NCBI GenBank assembly: GCA_050115675.1
Contig: JASFQB010000004.1
Span: 7,601 to 71,600, forward strand
Length of the DNA: 64,000 nt
Direction of reading: 5' to 3'
From: Candidatus Woesebacteria bacterium
GTDB lineage: Bacteria > Patescibacteriota > Saccharimonadia > Saccharimonadales > EFPC-124
Shown in pieces: positions 54,807 to 64,000 of the stretch. Both the position numbers and the translations under genes were made by a program. The notes under the pieces were generated by a model, which did not search any database, had not been told where the DNA came from, and saw only the letters and a program-made list of their open reading frames with translations. Positions within the stretch are counted from its first letter, which is position 1; every line of letters begins with the position of its first letter.

Positions 54807-55814
54807 CTACAAATTGACTAGAAGTTGCGAAGCAATGTCGTCTACGGCCTGAATTTTTAAAGCATCAACTGGTCCATCAGTACTTCCACAACTACGATTA
54901 GCAACAACTCTCGAGTCATCGCTTAGGATAACTGCACTATAATGAACCGTTGCATAGTTGCTGCCCTTCGAAAACTCGTAATTAATTGTTGGCATACTAT
55001 ACTTCTGGTCACTGCTGGTTGCACTACTCAAAATAAGAGCATCGCCAGCATCGGGACCATTAACCGTAACACCATTTGTTGTTTTTAACTCGTCGATTTG
55101 CGGCGCTACGATTTCGTCTAAATTGGCACCTGGCAAATCTTCTGATGTAGCAGTGCCATAAACTATCGAACACATTCCATCATCTGACATATAATACTTA
55201 AAGTCATCTGAGCCAGAAGCTTCCTCTGTGTAGCCTGCAGGGGCAGTAGGTAATGTTAGAGTAACAGCATTTAAGGTGTCCAGATTAGCCGCCTGAGCTG
55301 ACGAAGATGACTCGCTTGCCGATTGCGATGCAGACTTATTGCCCGTGCCAAAAAGCCACAAATACGTCAAAGTCGCTGCGCCCGCAAACAATGCAAGCAA
55401 AATAACTACTACAATTATCCTCTTAACCCTACTTTTAGCCTTGGGCGCCTCAAGCATGTCCGACTCAGGCATTGACTGCTGCGTCTGCCCAGAAGACTGT
55501 ACAGACTGCTGCTGGTCAGACATATTATAATTTTGTGGCTGGTCAGAGGTAACGGGAGGCTGGTCGGGCGTTATTGCTTCTGGCATCTGCTCGGAGATCT
55601 GAGGAGTAGGGGATGGTTGAGCTTGCTGTGTAAAGTTGTCTGTAGCAGCATCCTGTTGTGGCTGCGTAGGATTTGTATAATCTTCTGTGTTTGGCTGTGG
55701 TGAGGTAGAGGGGTACAAATCTTGATGACCCTGACCAGCAGTTTCGCCGCCTTGTGGTGTTTCTGGTTCAGCCCCCACAGGTGCAACAGGCGTTTTGTTG
55801 TTTTCTGGATTCAT
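54807..55814 (-). CDS. Single-pass membrane protein: Pro/Gln-rich cytoplasmic N-terminus, TM helix, extracytoplasmic domain; hypothetical
   Basis: Start at ATG 55814 behind SD agggggg; TM IIVVVILLALFAGAATLTYLWLF. Confidence 0.6.
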   Translation of the reverse strand: MNPENNKTPVAPVGAEPETPQGGETAGQGHQDLYPSTSPQPNTEDYTNPTQPQQDAATDNFTQQAQPSPTPQISEQMPEAITPDQPPVTSDQPQNYNMSDQQQSVQSSGQTQQSMPESDMLEAPKAKSRVKRIIVVVILLALFAGAATLTYLWLFGTGNKSASQSASESSSSAQAANLDTLNAVTLTLPTAPAGYTEEASGSDDFKYYMSDDGMCSIVYGTATSEDLPGANLDEIVAPQIDELKTTNGVTVNGPDAGDALILSSATSSDQKYSMPTINYEFSKGSNYATVHYSAVILSDDSRVVANRSCGSTDGPVDALKIQAVDDIASQLLVNL

Positions 55815-55883
55815 AACCCCCCTAGCTAATTCATATTGCTCTTTGCTTTCTATTATACACAAGCGCAATAAGACAAGAAGGGC

Positions 55884-56375
55884 TTATTTGATTTTTATCC
55901 TACGATACGAATAACCCATTGCTTTTTGCCAACGTTGCAGTGCGGCTAGATATTCGCGAATTTCACCATTAATTTTTGAAATCCTTACAAGCGCAGGGCT
56001 ATACGGCGCCATAGTTTTATAGTAAGCCAATTCTTTTTCGCTGCCAATTTTTCGCGCGGGATATGCCATTGCAAAAGCCCTACGACCATAATCCTCAAAG
56101 TAATTTCTGCTACCCATCGGAGGAAGATAAGCATCTGCCTCCATTCCCATTCCGTGTATTATTTTTCGCACATCAGCTAAAGTTAAATTCTCGTTAGAAG
56201 TACACAAGGCGTAGATTGTATGATCACTAGCTTCAAAGACGGAAGTAAACGAACTTTTACCAGTAGAAACATCAGCAATTACCATGTGCTTAATATCAAC
56301 ATTTACACCAAAATATTGGCTACATACACGCGCCACCTCGCGAGACTCAAGTGACGTATCTTTTAGATTAATCAT
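55884..56375 (-). CDS. Hypothetical protein (163 aa)
   Basis: ORF only; no motif recognised. Confidence 0.55.
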   Translation of the reverse strand: MINLKDTSLESREVARVCSQYFGVNVDIKHMVIADVSTGKSSFTSVFEASDHTIYALCTSNENLTLADVRKIIHGMGMEADAYLPPMGSRNYFEDYGRRAFAMAYPARKIGSEKELAYYKTMAPYSPALVRISKINGEIREYLAALQRWQKAMGYSYRRIKIK

Positions 56376-56421
56376 GTTGCTATAACTGTATCAGATAAGT
56401 TGTCAATTGTCAACACTGCGT

Positions 56422-57357
56422 TTAGCCTAGGCCTTTTTGCACTTTATAAATGGTAGCTTTTTTACCAGACACAAGAACATCCCATCTGCCTAAGACCTTG
56501 AGGTTCGGCTGAGCAGCCAAGCATTCATCAAATCCAGAAAAAGCGCTTAAAACAACCATGACCCCAGCACACTTTAAGATACGGGAAGCCTCTAATAAAA
56601 ACCCTTTATATAAAGCTTCCAGATCGACAACTGAATCATATTTGCCCCAAGGAGGGTCAGTCACAACACGATCAACGCTACCTGATTTTATAAAGTCAAG
56701 CCCACCAATTAAGTTTGTTTTATGCCACACAATTTGAGGCATTTCATGCCTATCTGGCAACACGTTTAAGTCAACCGCAACAGCCTTTTTAACGCCAAAT
56801 CCGCGCACTGCTTCATACAGAATAGCACCAGTGCCAGCAAACATGTCAACAATAGTATCTTTTGCTCTTACGCCTGCAGCCAGACAAAGAACGTTCGCAA
56901 GCTCTGGCCTAAGCTCTCCAGGTGCAAGATTATCTCGTTTAAATTTTGCTCGTGGCAATCGCAACGAAAAAAGGCTAGTGCCATCATTTCTTTTTATTAC
57001 GTAAAAGTCATTTCGCGACAACCGAGAATTTGGTGTTAACTTAAAGTCATGTTCAATTTGTCGCTCAAACTTGGACTTGTTATCTAAAGCCATAGAGACG
57101 GGCTTGCCGCCGCTGATACAAATCAACCTAAAATGTTCACCCTTTATTAGTTTTTTAATTCTTGATACATTTTCAATAACAACAAAGACATTTGTAAAGA
57201 ACCTAATTTCTATAAGACGCTCTATATTTAACGCTGAATCAAAGGTTACAGAGCTCTCATCGTGCTCTAAAATCTTAAAATCAACTACACTAAAACCTTT
57301 TAAATACTTCACAATTAATGGAAACGTACCTGCCGGAAATGTAGCTATATATTTCAT
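56422..57357 (-). CDS. SAM-dependent RNA methyltransferase (UPF0020/THUMP-associated type, DPPW motif)
   Basis: Motif I VDMFAGTGAILYEA, motif IV VVTDPPWG. Confidence 0.75.
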   Translation of the reverse strand: MKYIATFPAGTFPLIVKYLKGFSVVDFKILEHDESSVTFDSALNIERLIEIRFFTNVFVVIENVSRIKKLIKGEHFRLICISGGKPVSMALDNKSKFERQIEHDFKLTPNSRLSRNDFYVIKRNDGTSLFSLRLPRAKFKRDNLAPGELRPELANVLCLAAGVRAKDTIVDMFAGTGAILYEAVRGFGVKKAVAVDLNVLPDRHEMPQIVWHKTNLIGGLDFIKSGSVDRVVTDPPWGKYDSVVDLEALYKGFLLEASRILKCAGVMVVLSAFSGFDECLAAQPNLKVLGRWDVLVSGKKATIYKVQKGLG

Positions 57358-57504
57358 AATAATGGCCAAATAATAGCACAAATTACTGCCCAGCTAAAGA
57401 TCAGGTTCATTGCGCATCAAGCCGCTATGCTACTACAATAAAGTAAAACTGAATTTTAACTGTACGCTTTTAGGTTATTGTATGCTAACATTGACGACAG
57501 TACC

Positions 57505-58941
57505 ATGAAAAATAAAGTATTAGCCTTTTTAACCAAGCCCTCTGTAGTACTATTTTTTGGGTTCTTTATTTTTTTTGCATCACTAAGCACACTTTTATAT
57601 GCTAGCAATACTTCTGATACTGTTATTCGCTCGGACGGAAAGGGCTATTACTTATATTTGCCAGCTACATTTATCCATCACGATATAAGCATGCAATGGA
57701 CAGAATATCTTCAAAAAAGTGATCCATTTTATTCGGGGAGCGGGGAATGGTATGGGTTAACTGAATCTCAAAACGGCAACTATTTAAATAAGTACACAAT
57801 AGGCTTAGCTATTTTGTGGGCACCTTTTTTTGTGAGTGCACACATTGCCGCCAACATGCTAGGATTAACCCCTGACGGCTTTTCTGCAATATACAACGGC
57901 GCCATTGCAATTGCAGCGGCTTTTTACACAAGCCTTGCTTGCATTATGCTGTATAAACTTTTTGCAAGACATTTTTCTGCGAAGGCATCGCTACTTACTA
58001 CGATTGCAATAGCACTGGGAACAAACCTGCTTAACTATGCCACGTCCGATGGGTGTTTTACGCATGTATACTCGCTATTTTTAATTAGCAGCGTACTCTA
58101 TCTAACTTCAATATGGTACAAAAAACCAAGCTATAAACTCTCTGTTGGCATTGCGGCAATATTTGCGCTAGCAGTTCTTGTTCGTCAGACCACTATAATT
58201 TTTGCAATTATCCCCATCTTGTGGAACGTCTGCAACATTAAGCAACTCAAAGAAAGATTGGCTTTATTTTGGCAAAGACGAAAATACTTATTTGCCATGG
58301 CAGCAAGCTCATTCGCAGTAATACTCCCTCAGTTGATATACTGGAAAATTGTTTCGGGAAATTGGCTAGTATTTTCTTATCAGGGAGAATCTTTTAATTT
58401 TGCAAATCCACAAATTATAAATATACTGTTCTCGACAGATCGAGGGGTGTTCTTTTGGGCTCCAATTCTTACAATATCCCTAATTGGGTTAGTGCTTGCA
58501 AAAAAATATCTAAAAGAATGGGCGATAGGCATATATGTTTTCTTGCCGATATGGCTATGGGTAGTGTCGTCATGGCATAGTTGGCAATTTGGCATGAGTT
58601 ATGGACACAGAGCATTCATAGATGTTTTTCCGATATTTGGACTGCTGATTGCACTTACATATTCAAAATTAAACTCAAAAATATTAAAAAATTGTTTTAT
58701 AATTTTTTGTACTTTGTGTATTTTAGCAAGCCTGTTTTTAACGCATTTATATTGGATATCCGCAGTGCCAGCCGCAGGGACGACCTGGGATCAGTACGTC
58801 AAAATCTGGCAGCACGAGACGGGGCTAATACCACTTCGCGGATTAACATCTGGCTTCTTAGGGCTAATTGGATTGATCGCACTAACACTTGCCCCAGCGC
58901 TGCTGTATTTTTTGCACAAAACGAATAACAACCGCGGATAG
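57505..58941 (+). CDS. Polytopic membrane protein, possibly GT-C-type glycosyltransferase
   Basis: >=10 TM helices, first extracytoplasmic loop with DGKGYY; function uncertain. Confidence 0.35.
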   Translation: MKNKVLAFLTKPSVVLFFGFFIFFASLSTLLYASNTSDTVIRSDGKGYYLYLPATFIHHDISMQWTEYLQKSDPFYSGSGEWYGLTESQNGNYLNKYTIGLAILWAPFFVSAHIAANMLGLTPDGFSAIYNGAIAIAAAFYTSLACIMLYKLFARHFSAKASLLTTIAIALGTNLLNYATSDGCFTHVYSLFLISSVLYLTSIWYKKPSYKLSVGIAAIFALAVLVRQTTIIFAIIPILWNVCNIKQLKERLALFWQRRKYLFAMAASSFAVILPQLIYWKIVSGNWLVFSYQGESFNFANPQIINILFSTDRGVFFWAPILTISLIGLVLAKKYLKEWAIGIYVFLPIWLWVVSSWHSWQFGMSYGHRAFIDVFPIFGLLIALTYSKLNSKILKNCFIIFCTLCILASLFLTHLYWISAVPAAGTTWDQYVKIWQHETGLIPLRGLTSGFLGLIGLIALTLAPALLYFLHKTNNNRG

Positions 58942-59008
58942 CACGCGGCTACCAAAAGCAGTATAATAGGCAGTTGAAGACGAGCGACACAAGCGCTAAG
59001 GAAGAACA

Positions 59009-60580
59009 ATGACAAAGAACACTAAGCATGACAATCCGGAAGACATACCCGCAAGCATCTACAAAAAAAGATGGAGCATATTAGCAGTATTGTGCGCCAG
59101 TTTACTGGTAGTAATGCTTGCAAACAGCAGCCTAAACCTAGCGCTTCCATCACTGGCATCAGAGTTAAAGCTCGACTCCCTTCAATTAACTTGGATTGTT
59201 GACATATACTCATTAATCTTCGCCAGTCTACTTTTCACAGCAGGAACGCTAGGTGACCGCTTTGGGCGTAAATTAATAATGCAAACTGGATTATTAATAT
59301 TTTTGACCGGCACTGCATATGCAGGTTTTTTTGCAACAGATGGCATATCGCTAATAATTGCACGAGCAATCATGGGCATAGGTGGAGCAATGGTAATGCC
59401 AACTACACTTTCTATTGTAGATAACATCTTTCCTCGCAGCGAGCGACCCAAAGCAATTGCAGTCTGGAGTGGTATAGCCGGAGGTGGCGTGGCGCTTGGG
59501 TCAATTTTAAGCGGATTTTTAATGGAGCACTACAGCTGGCAAGCTACCTTTGTGTTTAGCGCTGCCGTTGGCACAATTGGTTTTTTGCTAAGTCGATTTG
59601 TGACCCCAGAGTCTAAAGACGAAAAACAGTCACCAGTAGATTGGCTTGGAGCGGTTCTTTCAACAATAGGCTTGCTTGGAATTGTTTATGCAATAATTGA
59701 AGCACCCTCGGCTGGGCTGCTAGAGGCTAAAGTATTGTCAGCTCTAATCTGCGGCTTAATTAGCATGACTGCTTTTATAATATGGCAAACAAGAACAAAG
59801 TCACCAATGCTAGATATAAAATTATTTAAAATTCCTGCATTTGGCGTTTCTTCACTAGTAGTTACGTTAGTATTCTTTTCGCTGATGGGGATATTTTTCT
59901 CAATAAGCCAGCTATTTCAACTAATCATGGGCTATGGAGCATTAGAATCTTCCGTAAGGATGCTGCCAATATTTGCACTTATGGTGCTAGCTTCGCCATT
60001 TGTGCCAAGTATTGTTAAAAAAATTGGCTCACGCTGGACGGTAACCAGCGGGCTTGTCTTGATTTGTGTTGCATTTGTACTGATGTCGCAATGGCCAGCA
60101 AACCCAACACACTGGAACGTTATAGGCGCAATGCTAGTCATGATGACGGGCATGGCGCTAGCAATGACACCAGCAACAAACATGCTAATGTCCGCTGTGC
60201 CCAAAAACCGGGCAGGCATGGGTTCTGCCATGAACGACACCACACGAGAGCTTGGTGGGGCGCTAGGTGTAGCCATGCTTGGATCAGTACTAAGCTCAAC
60301 CTACGCAGACAAAATACTATCAGCAACAACCAATTTGCCAGACCAACTTAAAACTACAGCCAGCGATTCACTAACCGCTGCGCTTCAAATAGCGAGCAAT
60401 ATGGGCAGCGTAGCAGATGAGCTTGCAATGGCTGCAAAAACAGCCTGGATGCAAGGTCTATCTTCGGCCACAATCGTAGCAGCCATAATAATTGCCTGTG
60501 CAGCCATAATTACAGCGTTCTTTTTGCCGCACTCTCACAAAAAGGGCGACGAAGACGACATGCTTGGATCCGAAAAATAG
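59009..60580 (+). CDS. MFS transporter, 14-TMS DHA2 (EmrB/QacA-like) drug:H+ antiporter
   Basis: GTLGDRFGRK (MFS motif A), ~14 hydrophobic segments, 523 aa. Confidence 0.85.
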   Translation: MTKNTKHDNPEDIPASIYKKRWSILAVLCASLLVVMLANSSLNLALPSLASELKLDSLQLTWIVDIYSLIFASLLFTAGTLGDRFGRKLIMQTGLLIFLTGTAYAGFFATDGISLIIARAIMGIGGAMVMPTTLSIVDNIFPRSERPKAIAVWSGIAGGGVALGSILSGFLMEHYSWQATFVFSAAVGTIGFLLSRFVTPESKDEKQSPVDWLGAVLSTIGLLGIVYAIIEAPSAGLLEAKVLSALICGLISMTAFIIWQTRTKSPMLDIKLFKIPAFGVSSLVVTLVFFSLMGIFFSISQLFQLIMGYGALESSVRMLPIFALMVLASPFVPSIVKKIGSRWTVTSGLVLICVAFVLMSQWPANPTHWNVIGAMLVMMTGMALAMTPATNMLMSAVPKNRAGMGSAMNDTTRELGGALGVAMLGSVLSSTYADKILSATTNLPDQLKTTASDSLTAALQIASNMGSVADELAMAAKTAWMQGLSSATIVAAIIIACAAIITAFFLPHSHKKGDEDDMLGSEK

Positions 60581-60585
60581 TAAAA

Positions 60586-60607
60586 GGCCCCGGATTTCTC
60601 CGGGGCC
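60586..60607. terminator. Bidirectional terminator between the MFS gene and cca
   Basis: Perfect 9-bp GC stem ggccccgga/tccggggcc, loop tttc. Confidence 0.7.
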
Positions 60608-60611
60608 AGTC

Positions 60612-62072
60612 CTAGCTTGAGATGCGTTGGTAGTACGCCAGCCCGCTAGCCACATCGGCAAATTCGCCTCGCAGCTGAGCGTCGTAAAGTCGCCCAAGCA
60701 CCTCGCCAAGTTGACGACCAGGAACAAGTCCAAGGTCAATCAGGTGTTTGCCCGTAACCAAACGGGCTGGTGGCGACTGAACAACAGCTAGCTGTTGAGC
60801 CAGCCTAAAGTAAGCGCCAGACGGGGTGTCAGAGCAAAACTCCAGGCCCCTGCCATTTGAGTCGCTTCTAGAAACCAAGTCCCACTGCCGAATATTGGCA
60901 GGAGCCAACTTTCTAGAAAGCCTTCTTACCTGAGTAGCAGTCGGAGCGCCATTACTAAGCGCATACATGTGTCTTTCGACAATTTTTGCAACTACTGCAA
61001 TGACATCCTTGGGCATCTTCAGATCATTCAAAAACCTCCTAGCTGGCTCAATGCCAGCAGTCTCGTGTCCGTGCGAAATCCAACCACGAGCATCATCGTA
61101 AACCGTGGTAGCCGCCTTGCCCATATCGTGGCAAAGCGCACCTAGCATAACGACAGTCGCATCTGCCTTGTTAAGGCCTTCGTCTTGGACAATACGTGCT
61201 GCTGCATCAACAGAGGATACTGTATGCTGCCACACATCACCCTCTGGATGATACTTCGAGTTTTGCTGCACACCAACCAAATCGTTGAGCTGTGGGTGCA
61301 GCTTGCGCAGAACCTCAAGGTCTCTCGCAACTTCAAGCCCAACGCTTGGTCGAGTAGAGCGCAAAAGCAGCTTAAGCCACTCTTCGCCAACTCGCTCGCG
61401 CGAAAGACTAGACAAATCGATGCCACGACACAGATCAGCAGTTGCAAGGTCGACAGAAAAGCCAAATCTCCCCGCAAACTGCATCACACGCAAGACTCGC
61501 AGCGGATCATCTGCAAACAGCTCAAAATCTGTTGCTCGCAAAATTCCCGCCTCAATGTCATCAGCTCCGCCAAATGGATCGTGCAAACGACCACTCAACG
61601 GGTTAACAGCCATTGAGTTTATGGTAAGATCACGACGACGCGCCGCGTCCTCAACGCTCATAAATGGGTCGCCAACAACATCAAAGTCCTTGTGACCAAC
61701 ACCAGTTTTTGAGTCGCGACGGGGGGTAGAGAAGTCAATTAAGCTTCCCGTATAGGGGCTAACTAGCTTTGCCACCTTAAAGCTTTGGCCTACGATCTGA
61801 ACATTGCCAAAAATTGCAAGAATCTTGACCATCTTTTCGAACGAAATGCCATAAACCTCTACATCAAGGTCCTTAGAATCAAGCTGCACTCCACGACAAA
61901 TGCCAATCAAGGTATCACGGACAAAGCCACCCACAACAAGCGCGCGGCCACCTTCGCGAAGAACATGCCTGGAGACTGCAGAAACTAGCAACAGGTCCCT
62001 AGCAAAATTCACATCGCGCTGAGCAACAGCAAATTCGTTGAATGTCCTAATGCTATTTATCGACATAATCAT
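60612..62072 (-). CDS. cca: tRNA nucleotidyltransferase (CCA-adding enzyme) with C-terminal HD domain
   Basis: GGFVRDTLIG...SKDLDVEV, RRRDLTINSMA, HD-domain CHDMGK. Confidence 0.88.
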   Translation of the reverse strand: MIMSINSIRTFNEFAVAQRDVNFARDLLLVSAVSRHVLREGGRALVVGGFVRDTLIGICRGVQLDSKDLDVEVYGISFEKMVKILAIFGNVQIVGQSFKVAKLVSPYTGSLIDFSTPRRDSKTGVGHKDFDVVGDPFMSVEDAARRRDLTINSMAVNPLSGRLHDPFGGADDIEAGILRATDFELFADDPLRVLRVMQFAGRFGFSVDLATADLCRGIDLSSLSRERVGEEWLKLLLRSTRPSVGLEVARDLEVLRKLHPQLNDLVGVQQNSKYHPEGDVWQHTVSSVDAAARIVQDEGLNKADATVVMLGALCHDMGKAATTVYDDARGWISHGHETAGIEPARRFLNDLKMPKDVIAVVAKIVERHMYALSNGAPTATQVRRLSRKLAPANIRQWDLVSRSDSNGRGLEFCSDTPSGAYFRLAQQLAVVQSPPARLVTGKHLIDLGLVPGRQLGEVLGRLYDAQLRGEFADVASGLAYYQRISS

Positions 62073-62145
62073 TCCTTAGGTTAGCACCTCTGGGCCTAAG
62101 TATTATTATATCATAAAAAGCAAATTTATTCTAGTAAGCGTCGGT

Positions 62146-62174
62146 TTGACACTACCCCTGGTGAGTGTTATATT
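62146..62174 (+). promoter_or_regulatory. Candidate promoter for the kinase gene
   Basis: TTGACA-17 nt-TATATT. Confidence 0.5.
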
Positions 62175-62253
62175 TTACTGGACTGCTGATATAGCAAATC
62201 AGCTGTTTGTTCGTTACATCATAATGACCTTCAAGATGTGAGGGGAGCTGATT

Positions 62254-63447
62254 ATGGAGCCTTTGCGGCCTGACGACCCTAAGCAAATTGGACACTTCGC
62301 GACTGTTCGCGTGCTTGGCCAAGGCGGAATGGGTCGTGTGTATCTTGGTATATACAGCGAGGGTAATGGTCAGCATTATGCAGCCGTCAAGGTTATGTCA
62401 AGCAAGTACACATCAGATCTAAGTTTTGTTAAACGGTTTCAGCGCGAAATTCGTGCAGCGCAAAAGGTTCAAGGCTATTTTACTGCTAATGTTCTCTGTA
62501 GCGGAGTAGACGGCAAAACCATGTGGTTTGCCAGCGAGTATATTCCCGGAAAGACTCTTGCCGAAGCAATCTGTCAGTCAAATTTTGACAATGATTCGCT
62601 GATTAAACTGGCGTGGAGTCTGTACTATGCAATAGTTGCAATTCACAACCAGGGCATTGTACATCGCGATCTTAAGCCTCAAAATATCATTTTAAGCAAG
62701 CATGGCCTTCGAGTAATTGACTTTGGCGTAGCTTACATTTCAGACGAGTCAACGATTACCGCAACAGGGTTGCTACTAGGAACGCCGCACTACATGGCGC
62801 CAGAACAAATTGCCGGAGAAAAGCCAGCAGCACCATGGGATATTTTTGCCTTTGGATGTATCTTGACTTACGCAGCCACTGGACACCATGCCTTTGGAGA
62901 TAATGTAAGCTCGGCTTTTACCGTTTGCAATGCTGTCACAAACTTAGAGCCAAATCTTGACAATGTGCCTGATTCGGTTCGCACGCTAGTCGAAAAATGC
63001 CTCAACAAAGACCCAAGCAAGCGCGCAACACTAGAAGACATCAGAAGAATGCTGCCAGATGTACCACATTCGGCGATTACTGGATCAGACTGGCTTCCAC
63101 AAACCATTGGCGAAGGGGTAGCCGAGGTCACTCGCGTGATGCCTGCAGCAAGAGACATTAAGCGTGTCATTCTTGCTCAGCCCAAAAGTCAGCCGCAGCC
63201 AGAACAGCCCAAGGTAGATAGGGCCAGTCAGCCTAGCCAAAAAAGATCGAGATCATTTTCTGACGTATTGCAAATTATTCTAATTATCACCGTAATTGTT
63301 CTTGTCCTTATGCTGGCTAATCAGTATGGATTGCTTGACCGCAAAGCCAACAACGACCCACAACCTAGCCCAAGCACAACGAGTCAATCGTTTGCACCTC
63401 ACACAAAAGGCGACGAACATCACGCCACTGTCCATACTGTTGTTTGA
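62254..63447 (+). CDS. Hanks-type Ser/Thr protein kinase with C-terminal TM helix
   Basis: GQGGMGRVY, AVKV, VHRDLKPQNIIL, DFG, HYMAPE; TM IILIITVIVLVLML. Confidence 0.92.
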   Translation: MEPLRPDDPKQIGHFATVRVLGQGGMGRVYLGIYSEGNGQHYAAVKVMSSKYTSDLSFVKRFQREIRAAQKVQGYFTANVLCSGVDGKTMWFASEYIPGKTLAEAICQSNFDNDSLIKLAWSLYYAIVAIHNQGIVHRDLKPQNIILSKHGLRVIDFGVAYISDESTITATGLLLGTPHYMAPEQIAGEKPAAPWDIFAFGCILTYAATGHHAFGDNVSSAFTVCNAVTNLEPNLDNVPDSVRTLVEKCLNKDPSKRATLEDIRRMLPDVPHSAITGSDWLPQTIGEGVAEVTRVMPAARDIKRVILAQPKSQPQPEQPKVDRASQPSQKRSRSFSDVLQIILIITVIVLVLMLANQYGLLDRKANNDPQPSPSTTSQSFAPHTKGDEHHATVHTVV

Positions 63448-63473
63448 TATAGACAAAAAGCACATGCTCAAAT

Positions 63474-63504
63474 CCCGCTCTGCTAGCAAAATCAGCAGGG
63501 CGGG
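63474..63504. terminator. Bidirectional terminator between convergent genes
   Basis: 11-bp stem cccgctctgct/agcagggcggg (one G-U). Confidence 0.6.
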
Positions 63505-63523
63505 GCCTACAAAAATACAATTA

Positions 63524-64000
63524 TCAAACAGCGGTCACGCTCTTTAGCGAAAATTCTTCGCCACCCACATTGTTGGCAAAGTAGCTATCGTGACTAACAT
63601 AAATTAGTGCGCCATGATATTTAACTAAGCTATTTTCAAGCTCCTCAATTGACGGCAGGTCTAAATGATTTGTTGGCTCATCTAAAATCAACAGGTTAGG
63701 ATCATTTGCCAGCATCTTAATAATTTGCAAACGAGCTTTTTGGCCACCGCTAAGCTGCTCTACACGCAAATTGCCATCATGGACAGGGTCGAACAAATAA
63801 TCACCCATCAAGCGCATTATGCCTTCTGTATTTATTGGAATTTTAAGATCGTAATAAATTTTTTCTATAGCTTCAAGCAGTGTTGAAGAAGTAGTGCCAG
63901 GATCAATTTCTTGGTCGTAAACACTTATCTTTAGCTTTGAGCTGCAATTTATGTCGCCTTTTACACGAGTTTGGACTTTTTGACCACCAGAAGCCGCAAC
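63524..64000 (-). CDS. ABC-F family ATPase (C-terminal part; 5' end outside window)
   Basis: [10 protein letters not shown] signature, [12 protein letters not shown] Walker B, VSHDSYF. I translated the frame by hand up to position 64000 and found no stop. Confidence 0.85.
   Translation of the reverse strand, partial: VAASGGQKVQTRVKGDINCSSKLKISVYDQEIDPGTTSSTLLEAIEKIYYDLKIPINTEGIMRLMGDYLFDPVHDGNLRVEQLSGGQKARLQIIKMLANDPNLLILDEPTNHLDLPSIEELENSLVKYHGALIYVSHDSYFANNVGGEEFSLKSVTAV

Noticed and set aside
1-64000. CRISPR arrays, rRNA genes, IS elements/transposases/integrases, prophage genes, or flanking direct repeats around the inserts
   Set aside because: I found no spaced short-repeat arrays, no rRNA-like stretches and no DDE/tyrosine-recombinase motifs in any ORF. 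The inserts therefore cannot be called mobile elements from this window alone.
1-64000. Alternative genetic code (UGA recoding, as in some CPR lineages)
   Set aside because: All conserved genes translate at full length with the standard code, and TGA is used as a genuine stop (e.g. 26618-26620). There are no in-frame TGA interruptions in the r-protein genes.

Overview
Gene-dense (~90% coding) bacterial chromosome segment read with the standard genetic code; GC looks moderate to low by eye. Positions 1-32.4 kb hold the rpoC / str / S10 / spc / alpha / L13-S9 ribosomal supercluster. It comprises 31 r-protein genes, including rpmJ (missed by the ORF track), plus fusA, tuf, secY, infA and rpoA. 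rpmD (L30) is absent between rpsE and rplO, and adk/map are absent after secY. Together with a minimal type IV pilin and sparse biosynthesis, this suggests a Patescibacteria/CPR organism, probably Saccharibacteria (inference). The supercluster is interrupted at six junctions by non-ribosomal genes, most with candidate promoters and/or terminators of their own. The inserts are an antisense orphan, an unannotated 41-aa 8-Cys peptide, a 7-blade propeller plus hisC-like gene, corA, an L,D-transpeptidase block, and a four-gene membrane/cell-wall-hydrolase module between secY and infA. The second half of the window contains several units. (1) An orphan type I-alpha DAHP-synthase homolog plus trpS, preceded by a candidate aromatic leader-peptide attenuator. 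(2) rluD, holB and a TPR protein. (3) Three tRNAs and rpmG (also missed by the ORF track). (4) A GT / GH57 / GH15 glycogen operon. (5) typA. (6) A Fur-family-controlled redox island (glutaredoxin, ferritin-like, FMN-binding, ApbE, convergent NOX-like reductase). (7) An RNA methylase, an MFS pump, cca, a Hanks kinase and a truncated ABC-F gene. I saw no rRNA, CRISPR array, transposase or integrase. My strongest candidates for new biology are the secY-infA envelope module, the attenuator with orphan DAHPS, the redox island with its palindromic operator, and the Cys-rich micro-ORF. All functional calls rest on motif recognition by eye; no searches were run.
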